From the NCBI RefSeq assembly GCF_044704955.1, contig NC_091980.1, positions 132,928,001-132,992,000 on the forward strand: a stretch of DNA of 64,000 bases. The letters run 5' to 3'. Made by a program: the position numbers and the translations under genes. This stretch comes from Pristiophorus japonicus. Lineage: Eukaryota. Below the pieces are notes generated by a model. That model was not told where the DNA came from. It ran no database searches and saw only the letters and a program-made list of their open reading frames with translations. How positions within the stretch are numbered: position 1 is the first letter of the stretch; every line of letters starts with the position of its first letter. Of this stretch, positions 40,836-56,100 are shown piece by piece.

Positions 40836-42269
40836 CTCAAAGCAGTGTATGAGCTCACACTGAGTGTCAAGAGAAAATGGTGGGTGCAAGTGATGTCAGA
40901 GGAGGCGATGAAGACTGGAGAAAGATGGTTTGGATTTGTTCTGATCCATGATGAGCTTCAAATAATAATATTTGACCGTGGAGAGGGAGAGGTGGACCAC
41001 CTTGAGGTGATTGTGCCAAATCTGGCCATGGACAGCAGGCTAAAATCCAGGCTGCATCTTTGAACAGGACATGAATAATTTTGATTTTTAGAAACTTTGA
41101 AAATCTACAAACCAGAACCACCTCAAATTTAGGTTTCACACTAATTTTCATGAGGTATATTTAAACTGGTGGAGATATCCACAACCTGACTCCCCACTGA
41201 CTGACTGTGGGCACATTCCTCAGTTCCTGCGGACCTTCATTGCTTGTCCCTCCCTGTATTGTGAATGAATACATTTGGAAGGGGAATTACAATCTGAGCC
41301 TCCATACATATATGACTTTGCATTTGTTGTGAGTGGTGCTGACTGTGTCTTTTAGTTGGAGCAGTGTTACAAATCCACCTGTGTACATTCATCCAGATCC
41401 AGATCTTCCCATTGTAAACAGACCGAATGGGGACCTTGCTGTGTATAAATTGGCTGCTACAAAACAGTGACTGAACTTCAAAAGAACTTCATCAGCTATG
41501 AAGTGCTTTGGGCTGTCCTGAACAAAAGGCATCATATAAATGTAAGATTTGATCAACCTTGCCTCAGTTGCTAACACCCTTGTCCCTGAGTCAGTAGGTA
41601 TCAGCACAGGGAATCAAAGGATATGGAGATAGGGTGGGAAAGTGCAGTTGACGATCAACCATGACCATATTGAATGTTGGAGCAGGCTCAAGGTGCCATT
41701 GGACATGCTCCTGCTCCTAATTATGTTCTTATGTTATTGCATGGAGTGGGGTGAACATTGACCTGATATATTTTGTGATGCGTACGTAAACAGTTAACCA
41801 TTACCGCAGTTCTGAGCTCAGAGCGAGGAATGTCTGCAGCTGAACCACATCCGTGTGCAGCATGTTAAATTTGTACAGAACCTTGGCTGGACAATACTTG
41901 GAGTCCTGTGCACAGTGCTGGTCTTCAGAGAATCACAGAATAATAAAGCACAGAAGGAGGCCATTCGACCCATCGAGTCTGTGCCGGCTCGTTCAACGAG
42001 CAATCCAGTTAGTCCAGTTCTTTCCCCATAAACCCTGCAATTTTTTCTCCTTCATGTATTTGTCTAGTTCCCTTTTTGAAGGCTACTATTGAATCTGTTT
42101 CCACCATCCTATCAGGCAGTGATTCCAAATCCTAATCACTCGTTGAGTTAACAAGTTTTTCTTCATGTCGCCTCTGGTTCCTTTGCGAATCACATTAAAT
42201 CTGTGCCCTCTGATTATTGACCCTTCAGCCAATGGAAACATTTTTGTTGATTGACAGAGTTAAGCGATC

Positions 42270-44085
42270 CCACAATCAATGGGTCAGATCAAAGCTCTGC
42301 AGTCCTGCCACATCCAGTCGTGAATAGTGGGAGATCATTAAAGCACTAATGGGAAGAGGAGGCTCCATGAATATCCCCGTCCTCAATGATGGCAGAACCC
42401 AGCATGCGAATGCAAAAGACAAAGCTGAGGCATTTGCAACCATCTTCTGCGAGAAGTGCCTCATGTATGATCCATCTCAGCTTTCTCCTGAGGTCCCCAC
42501 CATCACAGAAGCCAGTCTTCAGCCAATTCAATTCACTTGACATGATATCAAGCTGAGCACACTGGATACAGCAAAGTGTATGGACCCCAACAACATCCCG
42601 GCTGTCGTGCTGAAGACTTGTGCTCCAGAACTAACTGCACTTCTAGCCAAGCTGTTCCAGTACAGCTCCAATATTGGCAACTAACGACAACATGGAAAAC
42701 TGCTCAGGTATCTCCTGTCCACAAAAAAAAGAGGACAAATCAAATCCAGCCAATTACTGCCCCATCATCTACTCACAAACATCAGCAAAGTGATGGAAGG
42801 TGTCGTCGACAGTGTTATCAAATGCCACTTACTCACCAATAATCTGTTCACAGATGTTCAGTTTGGGTTTGGCCAGGACCACTCGGCTACAGACCTCATT
42901 ACAGCCTTGGTCCAAACATGGACAAAAGAGCTGAATTCCAGAGATGAGGTGAGAGTGACTACCTTTGACATCAAGGCAGCATTTGACCAAGTTTGCATCA
43001 TAGAGCCCAGATAAAATTGAAGTCAATGGGAATCAAGGAGGAACCTCTCCATGGCTGGAGTCATACCGAGCACAAAGGAAGATGGTTGTGGTTCTTGGAG
43101 GTCAATCATCTCAGCCACAGGACATCGCTGCAGGAGATCCTCAGAACAGTGTCCTAGGCCCAACCATCTTCAGCTGCTTCATTAATGAACTTCGCTCCAT
43201 CATAAGGTCAGAAGTGGGAATGTTCACTGATGATTGCACAGTGTTCAGTTCCATTTGCACCTCCTCAGAATATGAAGTAGTCCATGACCACATTCAGCAA
43301 GACCTGGACAACATTCAGGCTTGGGCTGACATGTGGCAAGTAACATTTGCACCACACAAGTGCCAGGCAATGACTATCTTCAACAAGCAAGAGTCTAAGC
43401 ACCTGCCCTTGCTTTCAGCAGCATTACCATTGCCGAATCTCCTACTATTAATACCTGGGGGTCACCATTGAAGAGAAACATAAATGGACCACTCTCATAA
43501 ATACTGTGGTAACAAGAGCGGGTCAGAGGCCAGGTATTCTGCAGCGAGTGTCACACCTCCTGACTCCCCAAAGCCTTTCCACCATCTACAAGGCACAAGT
43601 CAGGAGTGTGATGGAATACTCTGCACTTGCTTGGACGAGTGCAGCTCCAACAACCCTCGAGAAGCTCGACACATCCAGAACAAAGCAGCTCATTTGATTG
43701 GCATCCCATCCACCACCTTCAATATTCACTGCCTTCACCATGGCTGCATTGTGTACCATCTACAAGATTCCCCGCTACAACTCACCAAGGCTTCTTTGGC
43801 AGTATTTGCCAACCCGCGACCTCCACCAACTAGAAGGACAAGGGCAGCAGGCACATGGGAACACCATCACTTGCAATTTCCCTCACTTGGAAATATATCG
43901 CTATTCCTTCATTGGCACTGGGTCAAAATCATTGATCTCCCTCTATAACGGCATAGTGGGAGTACCTTCATCACAAGGACTGCAGCAGCTCAAGAAGGTC
44001 GCTCACTACCATCTTGTCAAGTAAAATTAGGGATGGGCAATAAATGCCATCCTTGCCAGTGGCACCCACAGCCTGGAAAGAATTA
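42270..44085 (+). mobile_element. CR1/L2-clade LINE RT and 3' end, decayed; probably the family of the APE fragment at 2200-2745
   Basis: GPNNIPAVVLKTCAPEL, QFGF...HS, FDIKAAFD, PQNSVLGP, MFTDDC and YKAQVRSVMEY motifs, with tail tagggatgggcaataaatgc. Confidence 0.85.
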
Positions 44086-44679
44086 AAAAGACATTAACAT
44101 GGAAAGACTAAATGAGACAATTTAATTGCACCCAGTGCAGTTCTCAGCAAAGTTCCTAAATGAACTTGTAAACACTGGATTATTGGACCTTCGGCATCAA
44201 CAACATTTGAATCTATTCATGGACAAGAAGGGGACAAAGAGATATCCAGTAGGATTGGAAAGGATGATTGCTATTTGGTATGAAATTCACAATTGGACAA
44301 AATACAAATGGATACATTTATGAAGGAGCTGCTGGTATTGGATTTATAAATTGATGGAACAGATATGGCGGGGCGGAGAATCGGGGGTGTGAAAGTTTCA
44401 GGAGAAGTATCTATTTGACTTGACAATTTAACTCGTTTTGTGAATTATGCATTATTCACCAAATGCATAAATAACCTTTATGCATTTAGTGAAATACATT
44501 TACTCATTTCAGGAGGATTATACTTTGTTGGAGTACAATCCCACACGTATTCCTTGCCCAATTCCTTATTCATGTGGGAGCCGAGTCAGTGAGTGTTCAC
44601 AGGTTAGTCAGCCATGACGTGGGGTGGGAGAGGTCCCAGAACCACGCCCAATCGTGTATTCTACGTGGGGTATGACACA

Positions 44680-45030
44680 ATAGTGGTTATGTTACTGGAT
44701 AAGTAATGCAGAGGCCTGGACTACTGATAGAGGCAAAATCCCACCACCGGTTCTGCAGAATATAAATTCAATTAAACAAATAAATCTGGAATAAAAAGCT
44801 ACTACAGGTGATCGTGGAACTAGAAGATTATCATAAAAACCCATGTGATTCTCTAATTTCCTTTAAGGAAATAAATCTGCCGTCCTTACCCAGTCTGGCC
44901 TATATGTGACTCCAAGCCCACAGCAAAGTGGCTGACTATCAACTGCCCTCTGAAATGGCCCAGCAAGGCACTCAGTGCTACAAAGCGGTTCACCTTCAAG
45001 GTCAATTAGAGATGGGCAATAAATGAAGCC
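44680..45030 (+). mobile_element. SINE-like element (tRNA-like head plus LINE tail), uninterrupted paralog of 2840-3745
   Basis: Colinear with 2846-3195 joined to 3718-3745. Confidence 0.6.
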
Positions 45031-46769
45031 TTGAGCTCAGACATTACTGGTCTGTATGGCAGTTACTTGCTTCTTTGCCCACACAGCTCAACAGGAAGTC
45101 TATAGCAGCAGTGATACGTTTAGTTACTGAGCTACCCACAGTAATAACTCTGAATGCAAAGAGCACAGATGCATTTAAGGAGAGGCTAGATAAACACATG
45201 AGGGATAAAGGAATAGAAGGATATGCTGATAGGTCTAGATGAAGTGGGGAGTGAGGAGGCTCACATGGAGCATAAACCACAGCATGGCCCAGTTGGGCCT
45301 GAATGGTCTTTTTCTGTGCTGTGAATGCGATGTAATTCTTAAAACACGGGCACCTGTGAAGTTTTTCAAATCGAGTGAGCTTGAGACTTTGTCAGAAACA
45401 GAAAGTTGCCAAACCCATCAGCTGCAAACCCTGGCCGACTCGTGGAATTGTCGCTCATCAATATATGAAATATTGCAACATCGATACCCAAAAAGTGCCT
45501 TTGAGAGTTGCAAAGACATTAACATGGAATGGCTTATGGCACTTTAATTGCAACAAATACAGTTTTCAGCTAAATTCCTAAAACAAACTTGTAAACACTG
45601 GATTATTACAGCTGTAGCATTTACATTTGAATCCATTCATCGGGGTGAAGGAGAGAAATGGAGAGCCCTGTGGATTTGGACAGATTAATTGCTATTTGGT
45701 ATGAAATGCACAATGAGTCTAAATACAAATGGATACATTGGGTTGATGAATTGAGGTATTAGGCATTGGAGCTGGGGGTGAGGTAAATGTTTATCCAGAG
45801 GTGTGTGTTTAACTGCTTGGGCCTTTTGCTTTGTGCCTTTAATGAAATAAATATACTCCTTTCAGAAGATATGTTGGAGTACAATTGCACAGGTATTCAT
45901 TCAATAACTTACCTAATTATTTATTCATGTGAACCACGGTCATGTTGGCAAGTTATTTAGCCATGAGGTAGGATTGAGCAGATGAAAATCTGTCCTAGAA
46001 CCACCACACGCAGGTATCCACTGAAGCTGTGACAGCAAGCTGATGTCACCTGTTGCTTTCCCTCCTCACCCAATTGTAGTGCCTGGGGTTCAATGCACTC
46101 AGACATTGCTGGTCTGTACAGCAGTTGCAGCTCTGCCTACAAAGCTTAACAGAACATCTACAGACCAGTGGTGAGTTCAGTTACTGAACAACCTGCAATA
46201 ATAACCAAACAGGATCTGCAGCAACTATTGAATACAACCTGCTAACTCCAGGGCCAGTGCAATTATTAAATAGGAAGTTAACCCAGGACTTTTTCTTCAC
46301 TGTCTGAAGAGGTGAAACTCAACATACTGGGAAACACTCCTTGTGTAACACACATTACAGCAACTTGTATTTTGTTGTATGGAGTTGTCATTTATCAAAG
46401 GCTGAGAGAATGTTCAAAAGTGGGAACAGGTATTTTTAATTCAGCTGTCTAGTTCATACATTCCCTTTCCTAAACCTATTTAAGAGTCTCCTTAAACTGT
46501 ACCTCTGCCTATGCTTTGACCCTCAGTCAATAGCTGATGGGCTGTTAATGGTCTAAATGTAAATTTTAGACCTTGCAACATGTGTCTTACCATTCAATTC
46601 AATACATCGACATTACACTAGAGAAAAAACAAATTTCATAGGATTAAATCCTATATTTGTTGCACAGCTCCAGCTAATTCTGGTGTGATGTAAACCACAT
46701 TATTTTAATTGAATAATAAGCAACCACTCAAATATACAAGGAGATAAAACCCAGTCCAATATTGTACAG

Positions 46770-46775
46770 TTTATT
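46770..46775 (-). terminator. Polyadenylation signal AATAAA of ferritin copy D
   Basis: About 135 nt after the stop codon; also present downstream of copies B and C. Confidence 0.7.
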
Positions 46776-46910
46776 TACAGTTATGTTACATTTCACAAGA
46801 GGAAATGTCTCAGATCTTTGTACAAAGTCAGAAGCCATCATTCCCTACAGGACAGGGGTACCCATTATATAAATACATGTACTAAACACAAAGTGCTTGA
46901 TCCAGTCAGT

Positions 46911-48731
<1,821 letters not shown>

Positions 48732-48789
48732 CTTGATTCTTTTTCACAAATCTAACCTTTGTTGTAGCAACAAACTGAGATTTAACCAA

Positions 48790-49010
48790 CCTCAAACTCC
48801 TGTATTTATACTGAGGGATAATCCAGGGTGTGGCAGCCTCGATAATGAGTGACGGTCCTCAATACCCAATCAGAAGTTGCAGCCTCTCAGAGCACCAATC
48901 AACTTAAGGGAGGAGGGGGATGGACTCCCAGAGCCAGTCAGATTTTTGAAGAATGAGCATCATTGGCTGACAACTCAATGAGGATCCCAATTGTCCTAAC
49001 TTTCCTCAAA
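48790..49010 (-). promoter_or_regulatory. Ferritin copy D proximal promoter (TATAAAT at 48804-48810, CCAAT and GC-box-like motifs)
   Basis: Nearly identical to 960-1180 and conserved in all four copies. Confidence 0.7.
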
Positions 49011-51083
49011 CTCAGTTCAAATATCCATAATACAGGTTTAAATGAATCCTCTACTCTTCAGGCTAATCAATTGGGAAAAACATCAACCATAAATGCCCGC
49101 TTTATAAGGGGGAATAAATAAAAGTTCCAAGGGCCCAAGATTCCACATTGCCTTTTTTTGGCGCTATTTAAGATTAACGACCAATTTTTTAAACCAAAGT
49201 AGCTCCAAAAAAAATCCGAAGTGTCGACATTTTTCTGTTTGAATTTGGCGCCGCGCAGAAAGGCCTTAGCTTCTGTGGGTGGAGCTTATTAATAGCGCCT
49301 CAAAACTGAGGCCCCATTCTGCGCATGCCCGAGCATTTGGGTTTCCAGGGTAACGTGTTGTTCTACAGTTTACTCTGCAGCTAACCCGTGCTGATTTTTC
49401 CCGTGCCGACCCGCTGAGATTTCCAGCATTTACCGCTTTTGTTCCAGCATCCAGTATTTTGCTTTTGTATCCATGCTGTACCTGGCCTGGTAGTGTTTTC
49501 ATGCTGAATCTCCCCATCCCAGTCAACGGCTCGCAAATGGCCCCCCGCTGCTGCCTCATCCCTGACCAAATGGCCTCCCGCTTCTGCCCCTATCCCCGGC
49601 TTGGCTTCTACCTTGCCCCCGGGCTTCTTGGGAAGCTAAGTACGGTAACATAGTAGTTATGCTACTGGACGGGTCATCCAGAGGCCTGGACTGATGATCA
49701 AGAGACATGAGTAAAAGTCCCACCATGGCAGCTGCGGAATGTAAATTTCGTTAATCAAATAAAAATCTGGAATAAAAAGCTAGTATCAGTAATGTTGCCC
49801 AGGGAGCTATCAGATTGTTGTAAAAACCCATCTGTTCACTAATGTCCTTAGGGAAGGAAATCTGCCGTCCTCCCCGGTCTGGCCTATATGTGTCTCCAAA
49901 CCCACAGCAATTGACACTTAACTGCCTTCTGAAATGTTCTCGCAAGCCACTCAGTTGTAACAAACTGCTACAAGAAACATCAATAAGAGTAAAACAGGAC
50001 GGACCACCCGGCATCGAACTCGGCACTAGCTTTGGACAAGACAATGGCACACCCAGTCCAGTCGACCCTTCAAAGTCCATCTCACTAACATCTGGGACTT
50101 GTGTCAAAATGGGGAGACCTGTCCCACAGGCTTGTCAAGCAACAGCCTGACATAGTCATACTCACAGAATCATACCTTTCAGTCAATGTCCTAGACTCCT
50201 CCATCACCATCCCTGAGTATGTCCTGTCTCACCGGCAGGACAGACCCACCAGAGGTGGTGGCTCAGCAGAATACAAAAGGGATGAAGTGACCCTGGGATC
50301 CTGAATGTTGACGCCGGACCGCATGAAGTCTCATGAGGTCTGGTCAAAAATGGGCAAGGAAATCTCCTGCTGATTACCATCTACTGCCCTCCCTCAGCTG
50401 ATCAATCAATACTCCTCCATGTTGAAAATCACTTGCAAGAAGCACTGATTGCAGCAATGGATTTCAATGTCCATCAGCAGGAGTGGCTCAGTAGCACCAC
50501 TACTGACCGAGCTGGCTGAGTCCTGAAGGCATAGCTGCCAGTTTGGGCCTGCGACAGGTGGTGAGAGAACCAACAGAAGGGAAAAACCTATTTGACCTTG
50601 TCCTCACCAATCTACATGCCTCAGACGTGTCATCGACAATGCTATCAAGTGCGACTTACTCACCAGCCATGAGGTGGGGTGGAATGGGTCCCAGAACCAT
50701 GCCCAATAGGGTATTCTGTGTGGGATATGATAGAATAGTGGTTATGTTACTGGATAAGTAATCCAGATACTGGGGCTAATGATCCAGAGAAAAGATACCA
50801 CTACAGCAGCTGGGGAATTTAAATTCAGTTAATTAATTCAATAACTCTGGAATAAAAAGCTAGTATCAATGCTGGTGATCATGAAACTTGTCGGATTGTC
50901 ATAAAAATCCAGCTGGTTCACGAATATGCTTCGGAAAAGAAATATGCCATTTGACCCGGTCTGGCCTATATATGACTCCAGGCCTACAGCCAGGTGGTTG
51001 ACTCTTAAATGCCCTCTGAAATGGCCTAGCAAACCACTCAGTTGTACAAGGCGGCTCACCAGCACCTTCATGGGCAATTAGAT

Positions 51084-51600
51084 ATAAAGAAAGATAGAAA
51101 CGTAGAAAATAGGTGCAGCAGCGGGCCATTCGGCCCTTCAAGTCTGCACCGCCATTCAATATGATCATGGCTGATCATGCAACTTCAACACCCCACTCCC
51201 GCCTTCTCTCCATACCCCCTGATCCCTTTAGCTGTAAGGGCCACATCTAACTCCCTCTTGAATATATCCAACGAACTGGATTCAACAACTTTCTGTGGTA
51301 CAGAATTCCACAGATTCACCACTCCCTGGGTGGAAAAGTTTCTCCTCATTTCGGCCCTATATGGCTTACACCTTATCCTTAGACGGTGACCCCTGGTTCT
51401 GGACTGCCCCAACATCGGAAACATTCTTCCTGCATCTAACTTGTCCAGTCCCATCATAATTTTATATGTTTCTATGAGATCCCCTCTCATTCTTCTAAAT
51501 TCCAGTGAGTATAAGCCTAGCCGATCCAATCTTTCTTCATATGTCAGTCCTGCCATCCCAGGAATTAGTCCGGTGAACCTTCGCTGCACTCCTTCAATAA
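51084..51600 (-). mobile_element. CR1 3' fragment (duplicate of 3196-3711)
   Basis: Same ORF and junctions. Confidence 0.9.
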
Positions 51601-52031
51601 GCAATAAATATGGGCAATAAATGCTGGCCTTGAGCTCAGATATTGCTGATCTGTATCGTAGTTACTCACTTCTTTGCTCACACAGCTTAACAGAAAGTCT
51701 ACAGCAGTCGTGGTACGTTTACTGAGCTACCCACAGTAATAACTCTGAATGCAAAGAGCATAAATGATTTTAAGGGGAAGCTAGATAAACACGAGGGAGA
51801 AAGAAGAGAGGGATATTCTAATAGGCCTAGATGAAGTGGGGTGGGAGGAGACTCACATGGAGCATAAACCATGGCATGGCCCAGTTGGGCCGAATGATCT
51901 TTTTCTGTGCTGTAAGTTCGATGTAATTCTTAAAACACGAGCACCTGTAAAGTCTTTCACCAAGTGAGCTGAAGACTTTGTCAGATACATGAAGCTGTCA
52001 ATCCCATCAGCATGCAAACCCAGGCCGACTC

Positions 52032-53109
52032 ACAAGAACAAAGGAACACAAGAAATAGGAGCAGGAGTAGGCCATTTGACCCCTTGAGCCTGCTCCGCTA
52101 TTTAATAAGATCATGGCTGATCTGATCATGGACTCAGTTCCACTTCACTGCCCGCTTCCCATAACCCTTTATTCACTTATCATTCCAAAATCTGTCGATC
52201 TTCAGCCCCAACAGCTCTCTGGGGTAGAGAATTCCATAGATTTACACTCCTCTAAGAGAAGAAAGTCCTCCTCATCTCAATTTTAAATGGGCAGCCCTCT
52301 AGTTTTAGTTTCCCCATGCCTGGAGATATACTGCCTGCTTCCATCTTGTCCAGCCCTCCCATTATCTTATATGTTTTGAAAAGATCACCGCTCATTTTTC
52401 TGACCTCCGATGAGTGTAGACCCAATTTACTCAACCTATCTTCATAAATCTACCCCCTCATCTCTGGAATCAACCTAGTGAACCTTCTCTGAAGAGCCTC
52501 CAATGCAAGTATATCCATTCTTAAATACGGAGACCAAAACTGTGCACAGTACTCGAGGTGTGGCCTTACCAATACCCTGAACATTTGTAGCAGGACTTCC
52601 CTTCTTTTATACTCTATCCCCCTTGCAATAAAGGCCAACATTCCATGTGCCTTCCTGATTACTTGCTGTAACCTGCATACTAACTTTTTGTGTTTCATGC
52701 ACAAGGACCCCCAGGTCCCTCTGTATTGAAACACTTTGCAATTTTTCTCCATTTAAATTATAATCTGCTTTTCTATTTTTTCTGGCAAAGTCGATAATTC
52801 ATATTTTCCTACATTATACTTCATCTGCCAAATTTTTGCCAACTCATTTAGCCTGTCTATACCCCTTTGCAGATTTTTTGTGTCCTCCTCACAATTTGTT
52901 TTCCCACCCATCTTTGTGTCATCACCAAACTTGGTTATATTACACTCGGTCCCTTCATCCAAGTCATTAATATAGATTATAAATAGTTGAGGCCCCAGCA
53001 TTGATACTTGTGGCACCCCACTAGTTGCTGATTGCCAACCGAAAAATTACCCATTTACCCTGACTGTCTGTTTTCTGTTAGTCAGCCAATCCTCAAACCA
53101 TGCTAATAT
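52032..53109 (-). mobile_element. CR1 3' fragment (duplicate of 4125-5203)
   Basis: Same RT motifs and junctions. Confidence 0.9.
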
Positions 53110-53193
53110 GACTCGAGCAATTGTGGCTTGTCAGTGTATGAAATTTTGTGTAATCAATACCCCAAAGGTGCCTTTGAGAATTGCAAAGACATT

Positions 53194-56100
53194 GGGCTCA
53201 ATTTTCTCCAGTTATCTGCACCGTTTTTTTGGCGCACGCCGCTTTTTTTGGTGTAAATTAAAATATCTAAGTTTCCCCAAAGTTTCTGCGTTAACGTAAC
53301 TCAGTTAGTTACGATTTTTTTAGGTTAGGATTTTTTTTGCATCATACGGGGTGGATCATGATATCTGCCCCAGTTTTACACATTTAAGCAAGTTTGGCCA
53401 ACTTACATTTTTTCCAGGACGGCGTATGTGACCACTCCCAAAACAGCTTCTGGGCATTTAAGAAAAACCAGCGCGCATTAAAAAATCGATGCAAAAGGAC
53501 GCCACTGTTTTTATGCAAAATTTTGGAGGGAGTCAAGAAAACAAATAATCTGCATGATGAAGCTTTCTTTTTTAAAACTCAAAATGGAGAAAATGAAAGT
53601 CTAGTGCAATTCTTTAATTTTCGATATTTTTCAAAGTGCCACACCACCACCGAACGTCTCCCCACCGGGCTCGAGGGTCGGAGCGTCAGCAAACGGAATC
53701 AATCCCTCGCCCGGACACAGGGGCTCGGGGCTCGGCTTCAAAAGGAGCCCGGGGAGGTGATGGAAACGGAACTGAAGGGATGAGAACCCTTGCACTATAC
53801 AGCAGCATCAAAAGAAGCATGTGGTATGTTTGCTGAGCTCCTGTGTCCAGGCGAGGGAGTGATTCTGCGAACCGACCCACTAGGGCATCGACCATGGGGA
53901 GAGAGAGAGGAGAGCAGCTTTAACTCCTTGTCCTGCTACTTTGAGCTTGTTGCAAAGATACAATTTAATTATGGGGGAAATATTGACAATGCATACCTCG
54001 TGCAAGCCTCCTGGATGATGGTGCTGCGGAGGGGACGACTGATTCGACGTCGTCGCATGAGGGACCGCGGAGCACGTAGGATGATGGGCAGGATGGCTTC
54101 CCCATGTCAGGTATATCGACACAAGTGTTCATACCTGCACCTGAGTGATGCAGACTGTGTGAGAAGGCTGCATTTCCACAAAGAACTTTTAACCGAGATC
54201 TGAACATTAGTAAAACAGACTTGCAACCTAGAAGCATCAGGAGGACTGCTTTGTCACTTGAAGTGAAGGTTACAGCTGCACTTTCATTTTATGCATCTGG
54301 ATCATTCCTGGCCACAACTGGGCATGTGTGCACCATTTCTCAACATGCAACATGTTATGCCTTGAATAAAGTGTCAGACTAGATGCTGCAAGCTCAAAGT
54401 AAGGTGTGACCGCAATACTTTATGACAGATCACTGAGTGCCATTCCAGCCTGTGAGGCATCCTTATATACAGGTGCTCCCAAGGCATTGTGGGCTCCCTT
54501 GGGACTCCAGGGGATAAGCCCTCTGGTGGTTAGACATGGTATTTAGAGGTTTACATACATAACAACATTACCCCCAAAGTCAAAAGTGTAACTATTTACA
54601 ATGTGAATCGATCTGGGGCCTTCCTTTCCCTGGTTGATTGTCTCGGTGCAAATGCTGGTTTTGGTGAGTCGTTTGTTGGACCCTCACTGGGCTGCTGCGA
54701 AACTGGTCTTGCTGGGCTGCTCGGGGTGGTGAGTCCTGCTGGGCTGCTGTGGGTGATGGGTTCTGCTTCGTGGTCAACCGCTGGGTCGGTTGCCATTTGT
54801 GTGTGTGTTGGAGGGTCAAAAAAGGTCATCTATTGTGGGTTGTTCTGGATAGTCTATAAATCTGAGTTTGGTTTGGTCCAAGTGTATGCTGCAGGTGAGT
54901 CAATTTGACAGTTTGACCACAAACACCCTACTCCCCTTTTTGGCCAAAACAGTGCCAGGAAGCCAGTTGGGACCTTGTCAACAGTTCAGCTCAAATACAA
55001 GATCATTTATCTCAATTTCAAGTGACACATTTGTGTGACCATGATATGTATTCTGTTGAAGCCGCCTGCTCGCTACCTGTTCGTGTAGATCAGGATGGAC
55101 TCGCGAGAGCATTATCTTAAGTGCCCTTTTCATGAGCAGTTCTGCGGGAAGGACCCCAGTGAGTGAGTGGGGTCTTGTGCGGTAACTAAGCAGGACTCGG
55201 GACAAGCGAGTCTGCAGTGAATCTTCAGTTACCCTTTTCAAGCTCTGCTTGATTGTTTGAACTGCTCGTTCAGCCTGACCATTGGATGCTGGATTGAACG
55301 GGGCAGATGTGACATGTTTGATCCCATTGCGGATCATGAACTCCTTGAACTCGGCACTGGTAAAGCATGGCACATTGTCACTTACAGGTACATCAAGCAG
55401 ACCGTGCATGGCATACATGGCCCGCAGGCTTTCAATGGTGGCAGCGAACGTGCTTGCCAACATTATCACACATTCAATCCATTTGGAGTACGCATCTACA
55501 ACCACTAAGAACATTTTTCCCAAGAATGGGCCTGCATAGTTGACATGGACCCTGGACCACGGTTTGGATGCCAGGACCATAAATTTAGTGGTGCTTAACT
55601 GTGAACATGTGTTACATTTGCGCACGCAAGACTCAATGTCTGCATCGATACCGGGCCATCAAACGTGGGATCTGGCTATCGCTTTCATCAGTACGATGCC
55701 TGGTTGGGTGATGTGGAGGTCATTGATGAAGGTGTGTCTGCCCTTCTCGGGAAACACTACTTGATTGCCTCACAGAAGGCAGTCTGCCTGTATAGACATT
55801 TCATCTCTGCGCTGCTGGTACGGCTTTATTTCTTCCTGCATCTCTAACGGGACACTAGACCAACTCCCATGGAGCACACAGTTTTTTACTAAGCTCAGTA
55901 AGGGGTTCTGGCTCGTCCAGGTTCTAATCTGGCAGGCTGTAACAGGTGATTGCTCACTCTCCAATGCTTCCATTACCATAACTAAATCTGCGGGTTGTGC
56001 CATCTCCACCCCTGTGGTGGGCAATGGCAGCCTACTGAGAGCATCTGTGTCTGGCCTGTGGCAGATGGCATAGTTGTACGTGGACAACGGAGCGCCCATC

